A DNA stretch of 64,000 nucleotides from Octopus vulgaris (GCA_951406725.2 OX597828.1:41912001-41976000); one strand, 5' to 3'; counted from the first letter of the stretch, positions 39,818-53,763 are shown. Numbers and translations: made by a program. Notes: a model not told the origin generated them from the letters alone.

Positions 39818-40240
39818 GCGCAGGAGTGGCTGTGAGGTAAGTAGCTTGCTTACCAACCACATGGTTCTGGGTTCAGTCCTACTGCGTGGCACCTTCGGCA
39901 AGTGTCTTCTACTATAGCCTCGGGCCGACCAAAGCCTTGTGAGTGGATTTGGTAGACGGAAACTGAAAGAAGCCCGTCGTATATATGTATATATACATGT
40001 ATATATGTATGTGTGTGTATATGTTTGTGTGTCTGTGTTTGTCCCCCCCAACATCGCTTGACAACCGTTGCTGGTGCGTTTACGTCCCCGTCACTTAGCG
40101 GTTCGGCAAAAGATACGGATAGAATTAGTACTAGGCTTCCAAAGAATAAGTCCTGGGGGGTCGATTTGCTCGACTAAAAGGCGGTGCTCCAGCATGGTCG
40201 CAGTCAAATGACTGAAACAAGTAAAAGGGTAAAAGAGAAT
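39818..40240 (+). mobile_element. SINE family B, full length
   Basis: gcgcaggagtggctgtgaggtaag...agtcaaatgactgaaacaagtaaaag. Confidence 0.92.
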
Positions 40241-40750
40241 AAAGGGTAACACCCAGAGGTCATATGAACGCAGGAGATCTCGGCTGATGGACCGCTGACC
40301 TCGAGCATGTCTTGCACAACAATACTACTGAGAAAAATCATGGCTGGACTGGAGTGTCTTTGATCAAATTGTGTGCAAGATCAAAGCCGAACTGGAGTGG
40401 AAGGAAAATAAACAATATAGATTTTAACACAGCTGAGCGTATCACACTTGAACATCTTTGTCCAAGATGCTACGGGGGAATAAATTCAAATTTACAAATA
40501 TGTTCAATTAATCTTGCATAAAGATCATTAATATATATTTTAATTATCATTTGTAGTTGAATTCTTTTATTTTAATTTTTGGTATTAATTTTTAATTACG
40601 GTGTTGTATTTTTTTTTTTTTTTCAATCGACGTTTTTGTTTCGGGAAGTAATATTTTCATTTTGTTTTGAAATTATACATTTGTTTAAATATTACATACA
40701 TTGATTTTTTCATATATATATATATATATATGAGTGTATATGCCTGTATG

Positions 40751-40794
<44 letters not shown>

Positions 40795-40813
40795 CATATA
40801 TGTATACATGTAC

Positions 40814-40852
<39 letters not shown>

Positions 40853-40871
40853 CATATATGTATACATGTAC

Positions 40872-40924
<53 letters not shown>

Positions 40925-41239
40925 AATTCTCTAACACAAGTATGTATGTATACACATGTACAGATATGTGTATATATGCACATGCATGTACATGTGTGTG
41001 TGTTTATTTTATTCTTTTGTTTTTATTAAGGTAAAGTTTAATTTAATTACAAAATTAATTGTTGTGGAATTTGGGTTGAAATTCCTCATTTGAATCGCAG
41101 ACACACATTCCACACGTATGTAGATTACACAACAAATGTGTATACACACACACATTTAGACATGAACGTATACGAACAAATGTGTAATATACGCATTACA
41201 TTATTATGCTTAATTTTTTTTGCATAAACGTGTATTTCT

Positions 41240-42259
41240 ATGTATGTATGCATGTATGTATGTGTGTATGTATGTATGTATGTGTGTATGTATGTACGTA
41301 TGTATGTATGTACGTATGTATGTATGTATGTATGTATGTATGTATGTATGTATGTATGTATGTGTGTATGTATGTATGTATGTATGTATGTATGTATGTA
41401 TGTATGTATGTATGTATGTATGTATGTATGTATGTATGTATGTATGTATGTATGTATGTATGTGTGTATGTATGTATGTATGTATGTATGTATATATGTG
41501 TGTATGTATGTATGTATGTATGTATGTACGTATGCATGTATGCATGTATGTATTTATGTATGTATGTATGTATGTATGTATGTATGTATGTATGTATGTA
41601 TGTATGTATGTATGTATGTATGTATGTATGTATGTATGTATGTATGTATGTATGTATGTATGTATGTATGTATGTATGTATGTATGTATTTATGTATGTA
41701 TGTATGTATGTATGTATGTATGTATGTATGTATGTATGTATGTATGTATGTATGTATTTATGTATGTATGTATGTATGTATGTATGTATGTGTGTATGTA
41801 TGTATGTATGTATGTATGTATGTATGTATGTATGTATGTATGTATGTATGTATGTATGTATGTATGTATGTATGTATGTATGTATGTATGTATGTATGTA
41901 TGTATGTATGTATGTATGTATGTATGTATGTATGTATGTATGTATGTATGTATGTATGTATGTATGTATGTATGTATGTATGTATGTATGTATGTATGTA
42001 TGTATGTATGTATGTATGTATGTATGTATGTATGTATGTATGTATGTATGTATGTATGTATGTATGTATGTATGTATGTATGTATGTATGTATGCATGTA
42101 TGTATGATATGTATGTATGTATGTATGGTATGTATGTATGTATGTATGTATTATGTATGTATGTATGTATGTATGTATGTATGTATGTATGTATGTATGT
42201 ATGTATGTATGTATGTATGTATGTATGTATGTATGTATGTATGTATGTATGTATGTATG

Positions 42260-42291
<32 letters not shown>

Positions 42292-42300
42292 TGTATGTAT
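41240..42300. repeat. ~1 kb nearly pure (TATG)n microsatellite
   Basis: Direct reading. Confidence 0.97.
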
Positions 42301-42522
42301 ATATGTATGTATACATATATATATATATATGTAATATATATACACAAAATAACAAAAGTTCCACACACAAACATATATGAGCGCACACACACACACACAT
42401 ATTATATACTATATATACACATATATATGTACATATATATATGTATATATATATATGTATGTATGTATATATATGTACATATATATATATATATGTATAT
42501 ATACACACACACACACACACAC

Positions 42523-42569
<47 letters not shown>

Positions 42570-42608
42570 ATGTATATATATGCATATATATATATTAATC
42601 TACATGCT

Positions 42609-42662
<54 letters not shown>

Positions 42663-43519
42663 TTTTTATATATTATATAGATATAATTATTTGTAATATA
42701 ATGTATATGTATCTTATATATATATTATAATACATATATATCGTGTCATATATTTATATACATATATATGTATGTATGTTTGCATGTATAAATATATATG
42801 CATATACATACATACATAAATACATACATACATACATACAGACATACATACATACATGTATACTTACTTACATATACGCTATGTATCTAATATCTGCACA
42901 TAGAATATGAGCAAAGCTATTTACCAAGTTAATTATACGAATATGTGTGTACGCTAGTACGCACACACACGCACACACGTACACATACACACATACACAC
43001 ATACACACACACAAGCCACAGATAAACACTCGTCTTACAAAATACACTTATACTCGCATAAAAATATTTGTACATGAGAATGTTGCTACGGTGACAAAGC
43101 AACGTAACTATAACTACGTGAACCAGCGCAGACACACGCATCAACCACACAGATACACACACAGGTACACACACGCACACACACACACACGTAAGTACAC
43201 ACATACTCGCACGCGCAGACTCACACACAAGTGAATACATTTAAATGTTTACATTTTTTTCCATCCTGTCAGATAGAGTTGTGTTGTTAGACTTTTCGGT
43301 TTGTAATCCCGATGTCCCTGGTTCGCTCACTCTGCACAGGAACTTCCACCTCACACTCAGGTCGCCCCTGATGCATATCGTACATGTACTTCTCTCTAAT
43401 TTGGGTTAGTAATCTCATCAAACCCTTATCGTTTTTGGACATGGTCGTATGTATTCCTCTTCGTTTTTTTGTCTAAAACCTGCGCAAATTTGCCAAAAAA
43501 AAAATTAAATAAATAAACA

Positions 43520-43693
43520 TAGCGGTGCTCCAGCATGGCCACAGTCATCGGGCTCAAACATAAAATAATAAAGGAATAGACATAAGTGTGGCTGTATGGT
43601 AAGAAGTTTGCTTGACGACAGTGTCACGCAGTGGGAGTGAACCCGGTACCATGTGATTGAAAAACAAGCTTCTTGGCACACAGCCACACCTGC
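43520..43693. mobile_element. Rearranged SINE family B fragments (3' end +, head +, head -)
   Basis: gcggtgctccagcatggccacagtc; gtgtggctgtatggtaagaagtttgctt; gtcacgcagtgggagtgaacccgg...cacacagccacacctgc. Confidence 0.7.
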
Positions 43694-44102
43694 CGGGGGT
43701 GGTGGGTTCCATCCGGGTAAAATAAGACTCAAATGCGTTCATGGGTTAAAAAAATAAGATGATTGAAAAACACTGAACTAGATCTTACTAAACAAATAAT
43801 CATTATACTTCCTTGACTGTAAAATTAAACAATAGATGATAAGAGAAATAATTGAAAAGTTAGAACCATCTCACACAATTGTAGAATTCTGACAACGTGG
43901 AATACAAACGGGTGTCACATGGAATATTGAAGAATATATAATTAGACAAAAAAGATGTGAGGAAAAAAAAGCGGAAGGTACAAACATATTTCAATATAAA
44001 AGTCGTTTAAATGTAATTGTATATCCCATCATCAGCTGCTCTGTTAGAAATCATTATGGTTTCGATTCTAAAAGTACCACATATTTATGTATGCGTCTGT
44101 GT

Positions 44103-44139
<37 letters not shown>

Positions 44140-44457
44140 ACACACGAACACACACACACACACAAACACACGCACACACACACACACACACACGCGCACA
44201 CACATTGTATTGTATTACAGGCTTTTCTACATACTCTTTCAAATATTTATTCTCTGAAATATTTCATAGCAATAAATAGACAAAGTTTTCAGAAACATGT
44301 GTCTGTGAATGTAATAGAAATAGCGATTGAAATAATATAAATTTAGAAAATAAAATATGAAGTTATGACTTCTTTCAAGTAAGGAGAAAAGAACGAGGCT
44401 TTCGAACAAGGCTTTACGCCCTGGCAAAATATACACAACAGTCAATGAAAAAAAAAA

Positions 44458-44643
44458 GGAGTGGCTGTGGGCTTGCTTACCAACCACATGGTTCTGGGTT
44501 CAGCCCACTTCGTGGCACCTTCGCCAGCTGACTTCCACTAAAGCCTCGGGCCGACCAAAGCCTTGTGAGTGGATTTGGTAGACGGAAACTGAAAGAAGCC
44601 TGTCGTATATATTTATATATATATAAATATATATATATATATA

Positions 44644-44675
<32 letters not shown>

Positions 44676-44885
44676 ATGTTTGAGTATCTGTGTTTGTCCC
44701 CCAACATCGCTTGACAACCGATGCTGGTGTGTTTACGTCCCCGTAACTTAGCGGTTCGGCAAAAAAGAGCGATAGAATAAGTACCAAACCTAAAAAGAGT
44801 AAGTCCTGGGGTCGATTTGCTCGAATAAAGGCGGTGCTCCAGCATTGCCACAGTCACATAGCCGAAACAAGTAAAAGAGTAAAAG
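44458..44885 (+). mobile_element. SINE family B, full length
   Basis: Same two halves and internal (TA)n(TG)n as 22982-23430. Confidence 0.92.
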
Positions 44886-44932
44886 CGAAAGAATATACAT
44901 ATATGAGCAGTTGTATATCTTTCTATCTATCC

Positions 44933-45034
<102 letters not shown>

Positions 45035-45156
45035 GTATCTATCTATCTATCTATCTATCTATATATCTATCTATCTATCTATCTATCTATAATTAGTCAT
45101 AAATATACATACATATATACATACATACATATATATGTACACACACACACACTTAT

Positions 45157-45203
<47 letters not shown>

Positions 45204-45231
45204 CATTTATATATATATATAAATCCATACA

Positions 45232-45277
<46 letters not shown>

Positions 45278-45804
45278 CGTATATATATGCATATACATAA
45301 GCATACATATACATGGGCATATGTAGATAAATAAATATATATATAGATAGATATATATATAATATACATACATACATGTACATATATGTGTGTGTGTGTA
45401 TATATATCTATGTATGTATGTATAAGCACACACATTTACACAGATGTGTTGGTGTACAAGTTTACGTAAGTGTGTTTAAAGAATTATTATGCCGGAATGA
45501 GAGGGTGTTTGATAGACGTTACCCAGTCGTGTGTCTGTCTCTTTCACTCTATATCTCTCAACATGTGTCTTGCGAATGTATGCGCACCCCCGAGCGCTGT
45601 GAGTGTGCGCAGCGTATATACAGGCTTGATAATGCGAACAAGAAAATGGAACATACGTCTTTTATTACGAATCGGCAGACCTTATGCAGTGACTCACGGG
45701 ACGAGAGTTTCGTGCGTTGGCACGAAATTGTCGGGCGTTGAGTCACAACTGACTTCTACCGATTATTAAAAATGTACATATATATATGTATATATAAATG
45801 TATG

Positions 45805-45862
<58 letters not shown>

Positions 45863-45868
45863 GTATGT

Positions 45869-45899
<31 letters not shown>

Positions 45900-45902
45900 A
45901 TG

Positions 45903-45993
<91 letters not shown>

Positions 45994-46071
45994 CATATTG
46001 GCTAAACTGGCAAAATGACCTTTCCGAAATATAACAATATTTATATATATATACATATAATATATATACAT

Positions 46072-46120
<49 letters not shown>

Positions 46121-46122
<2 letters not shown>

Positions 46123-46262
46123 TGTTGTGTCTGGGGAGAGTCATTTTCTTTTAGTGCCGTATGATTTAACACACTCACCGGCAAAATTTCCACTCGTTTC
46201 TTATTTTTATTCTCCTAAAATTTTCGTTGCGTCTTGCAACCTTTTCAATAGTCTTGACACTG
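46121..46262 (-). mobile_element. Penelope-like terminal fragment with degenerate hammerhead-shaped motif
   Basis: Abuts (TA)n; minus strand CTA-TTGAAAA-G-GTTGC-aagac-GCAAC-GAAAA-TTT-TAG. Confidence 0.45.
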
Positions 46263-46520
46263 TCCGTTATTTACACTGCGTTCCCTTTTGTTTTAGCGGC
46301 GAGAATGTTGAATCATAAGGTACAAAAAGAAAAGGACTCTTCCCAAACTATAACAGAATATGCTTCAACACACGAACTCATATAAAGAATCTTGCAAACC
46401 AAATCCCAAAACGAAATATATGAATATATATTTATATATATGTATCAATTATTAAGGTGGCTTATTCAAATTTACAAGCAAAAGGCACAACTATAGATCT
46501 TTAGTCACCTTAGTGACGTC

Positions 46521-46562
<42 letters not shown>

Positions 46563-46579
46563 AACTCACTCACACACAC

Positions 46580-46655
<76 letters not shown>

Positions 46656-46812
46656 TTCAACACAAGCGCCCAGGAACACGCACAAACTCATAGATGTGTG
46701 TATATATGTATGTATGTATGTATGTATGCATGCATGTATGTATGTACGTATGTATGTACGTATATTTGTATGTATGTATTTATGGATGGATGTACGTATG
46801 TATGTATGCATG

Positions 46813-46846
<34 letters not shown>

Positions 46847-47554
46847 TGTATGTATGTATGTATGTGTATGTATGTATGTATGTTTGTATGTATGTATGTA
46901 TGAATGTATGTATGTATGTATGTATGTATGTATGTATGTATGTATGTATGTATGTATGTATGTATGTATGTATGTATGTATGTATGTATGTATGTATGTA
47001 TGTATGTATGTATGCATGTATGTATGCATGTGTATGTGTGTTTGTGCGTATGTATGCATGCGTGTATGGAGCTAAAGATGTATGGTAGCAATAGCATAGA
47101 TTAAGTATGAGAGTATGTTTATTTTAGTATAAGTGCTTGCAGGTGTCTGTGTCTGGAAAACACACACACACACACAGACACACACGCACACATACAAACA
47201 CACACACACCACGCACACACGTGCATATGTGTGAGTGTGAGAGTACACACACGCACACACACACACACACATACATACATACATATATATATATATATAC
47301 GCGCACACACACACATACATACGAGCATATCGCTATGTCTTTAGAACAGGATGTGCGTTTAGTTGATTTAGGAAAAAAGAGAGTTCTGTTGTGTTTTTGT
47401 CGGTTAGAAACGAGATCAAGGGTCAAGAACAAAGGGCATACTATATTCAGAACTAACTGTGTGGTATATATTTGCTATATAAACACGCGCACGCACACAC
47501 GCACTTCCACCCACCCGCAAACACATACCCCACCACCAAACACAAACATATACA

Positions 47555-47603
<49 letters not shown>

Positions 47604-47654
47604 GTATGTACAGACATATATTCATATAAATATATATGCAAGTGTGTGGGTGTT

Positions 47655-47718
<64 letters not shown>

Positions 47719-47760
47719 GGTGTTTATATATATACGTATATTGTATGTATGTTATATATA

Positions 47761-47796
<36 letters not shown>

Positions 47797-47856
47797 TGTA
47801 TGTATGTATGTATGTATGTATGTATGTATGTATATATATGTGTGTGTCTGTGTGTG

Positions 47857-47887
<31 letters not shown>

Positions 47888-47912
47888 GTATGTATATATA
47901 TGTGTGTCTGTG

Positions 47913-47946
<34 letters not shown>

Positions 47947-47972
47947 TATGTATGTTTTACCATGATAGACAC

Positions 47973-48012
<40 letters not shown>

Positions 48013-48521
48013 ATAAAACGTACATAGCTTAGTATGCCACATACTTTTGTGGGGGGTTGTTTTTGTTGTTTTTTTTTTACTTTTTTGTTAAATTTCTTGT
48101 TGCAGATGGTATTATTGCTCTCGTTGTTGCTGTTGTCATTTTTTTGTGTTTTACTTGTTTATGCTTTGGTTCTTCCTGTTGCTATTGCTGTTATTGTTGT
48201 TGTTGTTGTTGTTGTTGTTGCTGCTGCTGCCGCTACTGCTGCTGCTGCTGCTTCAGTTTATTACTGGGGGTATTTTATATGTTTGTCTAGCACGTAATAG
48301 GTTAAACGATGTGAGTTGAAAGCACCTCCTCTATTCTGTCTATGGAGAGACGGACGAGCACTCACAGACAGCGTAGCTGTTCTTTAGATTCCATATTCTC
48401 TGACTGGCAGACAACATGTATAACAACAACAACAATAACTTGAACAACTACAACAAGGAAAACAACAACAACAACAACAACAAATACAAGAACAGCCACA
48501 TCATCAATTACAATATTTTTT

Positions 48522-48667
48522 TGTGGCTGTGTGGTAAGAAGCACATCATTTTGGTTCTATCCCACTGTATGACACCTTGGGCAAGTGTCTTCTACAATAT
48601 AGCCTTGGGCCGACCAAAGCCTTGTGAGTAGATTTCATAGACAGAAACTGAGTGAAGTCTGTCGTAT
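48522..48667 (+). mobile_element. SINE family B, 5' half, running into the assembly gap
   Basis: gtggctgtgtggtaagaagc...caccttgggcaagtgtcttctac...ggccgaccaaagccttgtgagt. Confidence 0.85.
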
Positions 48668-48677
48668 AAATAAATAA

Positions 48678-48777
48678 NNNNNNNNNNNNNNNNNNNNNNN
48701 NNNNNNNNNNNNNNNNNNNNNNNNNNNNNNNNNNNNNNNNNNNNNNNNNNNNNNNNNNNNNNNNNNNNNNNNNNNNN
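48678..48777. other. Assembly gap (100 N)
   Basis: Run of exactly 100 N, the usual placeholder for a gap of unknown size. Confidence 1.
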
Positions 48778-48818
48778 TGTACATATTTACTTCTATACGT
48801 ATATATATATATATATAT

Positions 48819-49026
48819 GGGCACAGTACGTCATTAAACGTGTACAACACAAAGTACGAAGTACGAGTACATGGAATATGAACTATGTTTTCGAACAACG
48901 AAAGACACAAATGGAAAACAAGACAAATAACATAAAGAGCGAGCTTTCATCAGTTGTTGGCTGATTTCCTACTCTCGTATTTCGAGCATTTAACAACAAT
49001 ATACGCTTTCGACAAAACAGTTCCTC

Positions 49027-49028
<2 letters not shown>
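48819..49028 (-). mobile_element. Unclassified short repeat between (TA)n tracts (Penelope-like?)
   Basis: Shares tacagNacgtca, ttc(a/c)tcagttgt(t/c)ggctg and atttc..agcatt.aac.acaatat with 49990-50135. Confidence 0.5.
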
Positions 49029-49090
<62 letters not shown>

Positions 49091-49093
<3 letters not shown>

Positions 49094-49450
49094 GAGTCTG
49101 TTGAGATGTTTTGGAAACAAAACTCATAATAAACTAACGGTGTGTCTATCTTTTCTACTCTTCTGATGAGATTTTGCCCAAAACAATGATTTAATTATTG
49201 GAATTTAATCTTCGGTTAAAATCGAAACAGCTGTAAAACATTATGATGGAATTTTGCAGATAATAAATTATATCAATGCTACATCTCTATTTTCTGAATC
49301 TTAATTTGTATATTTATATAAACTAAGATTTATATTTAGACCTATTATTTTATGAATATTATTATTCAATAAAAAATATTAGGTAATGAACCAGTAATTC
49401 ATTGGACATTGTTATCCCTTATTGAGGCTAATTCAACCTCTAATTAAATA
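49091..49450 (+). mobile_element. Penelope-like terminal fragment with hammerhead core
   Basis: CTGATGA-GATTTT...AAAATC-GAAAC-AGCT-GTA at 49163-49235; (TA)n upstream. Confidence 0.55.
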
Positions 49451-49465
49451 CACAGACACACACAC

Positions 49466-49517
<52 letters not shown>

Positions 49518-49520
<3 letters not shown>

Positions 49521-49915
49521 TGCACGAGTGGCTGTGTGGTAAGTAGCTTGCTTACCAACTACATGGATCCAGGTTCAGTTCCACTGCGTGACACCTTGGG
49601 CACGTGTCTTCTACTATAGCCTCGGGCCAACAAAAGCCTTGTGAGTGAATTTGGTAGACGGAAACTGAAACAAGCCCATCGTATGTATATATATATGTGT
49701 GTGTGTGTGTGTCCGTGTTTGTCCACCCCAACATCACTTGACAACCGATGCTGGTGCGTTTATGTCCCCGTAACTTAGCGGTTTAGAAAAGAGGCCGATA
49801 GAATAAGTACTAGGCTTACAAAGAATAGATCCTGGGGTAGATGTGCTCGACTAAAGGCTGTGCTCCAGCATGGCCGCAGTGAAATGACTGAAACAAGTAA
49901 ATGATTAAAAGAAAA
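49518..49915 (+). mobile_element. SINE family B, full length
   Basis: aggtgcacgagtggctgtgtggtaag...gcagtgaaatgactgaaacaagtaaa. Confidence 0.92.
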
Positions 49916-50504
49916 GAAAGAATATATATATATATATGTATGTATGTATGTGTGTATGTATGTATATATATATATATATATACATGCCTATGTAGGTACA
50001 GGACGTCATCAACGGTGCAAATAACAGGAGGAAACACAGAGAAAGGACCCTTCCTCAGTTGTCGGCTGTCTATTTACTCATCATTTCCAGCATTCAACGA
50101 CAATATGAATCTTCAAAGACAGTTGTTGCTCTCATAAATTCTAAAACGAAATTTAGAATTTATGAAGGGTCAAAGTTGGGAACAAAAATGTAGCAAATAA
50201 GTAAAAAGTAATAAGTCAAGCGTCTTCATTTAATCTATCAATGAAAACATTACATCAATTACAAATAGACCGCTCTTCTCGGAAGCATACGACTATATAG
50301 TTTTCCAACATTAGTACTAGAGACCAAAATAATTACATTCCTTCTATTTGCTATTTTTGTGGCAGAATGAATTTAGGGAAGAAATACTTAAAGTGTAAGA
50401 AAAACGGTTAGCGATATTTCAGCCGTTTTTACGTTCTGGGTTCAAATCTTGCTAAGGTCGGCTTTTGCTATTTATCCATTCAGAGTCGATGAAATAATTA
50501 TTTT

Positions 50505-51005
50505 GGAGAAGGGGGTTAATCGATTAATCGCCCCCAGTGCGTACCTGGTACTTATTTCATCGGCCCCGAAAGAGTGAAAGGCAAAGTCGACCCCGGCGGT
50601 ATTTGAACTTAGAAGGTAACGGCAGACGAAATACCTATTTCTTTACTACCCACAAGGGGATAAACCGAGAGGGGACAAACAAGGACAGACAGACGGATTA
50701 AATCGATTATATCGACCCCAGGGCGTAACTGGTCCTTAATTAATCGACCCCGAAAGGATGATAGGCAAAGTCGACCTCGGCGGAATTTGAACTCAGAACT
50801 TAACGGCAGACGAAATACCGCTAAGCATTTCGCCCGGCGTGCTAACGTTTCTGCCAGCTCGCCGCCTTTAATATTCTTTTCTACCCTAGGCACAAGGCCC
50901 GAAATTTTTGAGGGAGGGGACCAGTCGATTAGATCGACACCAGTACGCAACTGGTACATAATTTGAACTCAGAACTTTACTAACGTTTCTGCCAGCTCAC
51001 TGCCT
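50505..51005 (-). mobile_element. SINE family A dimer plus deleted copy
   Basis: Junction at ~50633; head ends at ~50868; second internally deleted copy 50870-51005. Confidence 0.88.
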
Positions 51006-51121
51006 TGCAAATAACTATGAGCACATATATAAATGTGTGTGTTGTATGTGTGTCTGTGTGTTTGTATGTTTTCGTGTGTTTAAAGGTGTATGTTCACGGT
51101 GTACACATTTCTTACCTTGTC

Positions 51122-51195
<74 letters not shown>

Positions 51196-52484
51196 ACGGT
51201 AATAGATTACTATTCGTACACCCTCACAAATATTAAGTCGCATTAAAATCACAATCTGAAATATTATAAGGAGGTGCACACCGATAGATATTCTCCTAAC
51301 GCGCAAATGCATAGAAACATCGCTAACACACACCATACAGACACAGATATAAACGCAAGTAAAGGCTTCACACACACAAACATATACACACACACACTCA
51401 CTCTACTTCTCTCTCACACACACACAAACACAAACACATTCTATCTTTTACAAACACACACACACGCGTCCTCTCTCATACACATCCTCTCACACACACT
51501 CTCTCTCTCACATATACACCACACTTATACATATACACTCATACACTGTTTCACATGCATGCATACACAAACATACACATATACCTTCTTTCTCTCTCTC
51601 TCTCACACACACGCACATACATTTACTCTCCTTCTCTGTCTGTCTGTCTGTCTATCTCTCTCTCTCCGTCTGTCTCTCTCACTTATACACGCAGTCACTC
51701 ACATGCAAATTCAATCTCTCTTTCTTTCTCTCTTTCTTCTATCCCTAGCACAAGCACACACACACACACATACACACACACGCACACACACACAAATACA
51801 CACACACACACAAACACACACATAAACACATACACACACACACATACACACACACATACACACACACATACACACACACACACACGCACGCACACACACA
51901 CACACATACGCGCGCACACACACACACATACACACACACATACACACACATACACACGCACACACACACACAAACACACACACATACATACACACACGCA
52001 CGCACACACACACACACGGGACATTAAATTCAATTTTCTCGCCCAGCTCTTACCCATCTCCATTTCATGGCACCCTTCAGAACATAACTTGGGGTCTGAT
52101 TGTTCTTATTCCACAGATCACACCTCTGAACCTTATTTCGTCCGTACCACATGATTAGGGGCGTTTGTTAGGGGTAGTGGTGGTGGAGGTGGTGGTGGTG
52201 GTAGTGGTGTGGGGATGAGTTGTAACGAGGGAGCATGCGTCAACGTCGTCGAAAGACTTGTCTCACGACACACCCAGCCACTCACCACCGCCCACAAAAT
52301 ACCACCACAACCACACACACACACACACACACCATTGTCACCATCTTCACCACCACCACCACCGCCGCCGCCACCATCAACAACAGCAACAACCACAACA
52401 AAATCAACAACAACAACGCCACTGCTTCTGCTGTTTTTCCTCCTCCTCCTCTTACTACTACTACTACTACAACTACTACTAATG

Positions 52485-52529
<45 letters not shown>

Positions 52530-52554
52530 ATGCTACTACTACCACTATGTAATA

Positions 52555-52770
52555 GTCCTTTCCACTAAAGTCACAGAAGGCCTGAAATTTGGAGGTGGGG
52601 CAGTAATCGATTACATCAACCCCAGTGTTTCGATGGTACTTAATTTATCGACCCCGAAAGGATGAAAGGCAAAACCAACCTTGGCGGAATTTGAACTCAG
52701 AACATAAAGACGTACGAAACGCCGTTAAGCATTTTGTCTGGAGTGCTAACGATTCTGACAGTTCACCTTA
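52555..52770 (-). mobile_element. SINE family A
   Basis: ggtacttaatttatcgaccccgaaaggatgaaaggcaaa...ggcggaatttgaactcagaac. Confidence 0.88.
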
Positions 52771-52841
52771 ATCATACGTCTACCTCCACCACCACCACCA
52801 CACTACCACCACCACCACCACCACCACCACCACCACCACCG

Positions 52842-52875
<34 letters not shown>

Positions 52876-53330
52876 AACTACTACTACTACCGCAACAAGG
52901 GCCTCTTATAGGTGGTCGTTTTATTTGCTGGTAATCACTCCAAAATATCTCTCAAATAACTCATAGAATCGATTGGATAATATAATCCCCAGTATGCTGT
53001 AAATAAGGGAAAAAAAAACAGACGAGATGGTCGCGGTCGGAATGCTTTCGATGTAAGGTCTCTTACTCAATCGATACGTCACCTAAGACTACACAACAAC
53101 AACTACTACAAACATAACTATCTTTTCACCACCACCACCACCACCACCGCCGCCACCGCCACCACCACCACCACCACCACTGCCGCCGCCGCCACCACCA
53201 CCACCACCACCACTGCCACCACCACCATTACCGCCACCGTCGCCACCGCCAACACCTTTGCTGCCACTACCATTGTCGGCATCTAAATCTTATCGTCTCT
53301 CTCATCGTAAAAATCTTATACATATATATA

Positions 53331-53458
53331 TGCGTGGCTGTGTGGTAAGAAGCTTGCTTCTCAACCACATGGTTCCGGGTTCAGTTCCACTGCGTGGCAC
53401 TTTGGCCGACCAAAGCCTTGTGAGTGGATTTGGTAGACGGAAACTAAAAGAAGCCTGT

Positions 53459-53491
<33 letters not shown>

Positions 53492-53708
53492 CCATCCATA
53501 TATTTGTGTGTTTGTGTCTGTATTTGTCTTTATCTTTCAATCATCGCTTCACAACCGATATTGGTGTGTCCCCGTAATTTAGCGGTTCGGCAAAAGAGAC
53601 TGAATTAGTACTAAGCTTACAAAGAATGAGTTCAGGGGTCGATTTCTTCGACTAAAAGGTGGTGCTCCAGCATGGTCGCAGTGAAATGGCTGAAACAAGT
53701 AAAAGAAT
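53331..53708 (+). mobile_element. SINE family B with internal deletion
   Basis: gtggctgtgtggtaagaagcttgc...gcagtgaaatggctgaaacaagtaaaaga. Confidence 0.88.
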
Positions 53709-53713
53709 GAAGT

Positions 53714-53763
53714 AACGAGCACTCAGAGAGCACAAACCTCCTCCAAGGCAACACTAACGTCCT
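53714..53763 (-). mobile_element. Possible Helitron/Helentron-type terminal fragment
   Basis: gagcactcagagagcacaaacctcctccaaggc contains a GTGCTC-tct-GAGTGC hairpin on the minus strand, resembling ends of non-autonomous rolling-circle elements. Confidence 0.35.

Noticed and set aside
40310-40380. Imperfect inverted repeat tcttgcacaacaat / attgtgtgcaaga as a snoRNA or miRNA
   Set aside because: No C/D or H/ACA boxes, and the long intervening loop is unpaired.
41206-42657. 483-aa (MYVC)n ORF and the many YI/HT/CV ORFs in the track
   Set aside because: Direct translations of (TATG)n, (TA)n and (CA)n microsatellites.
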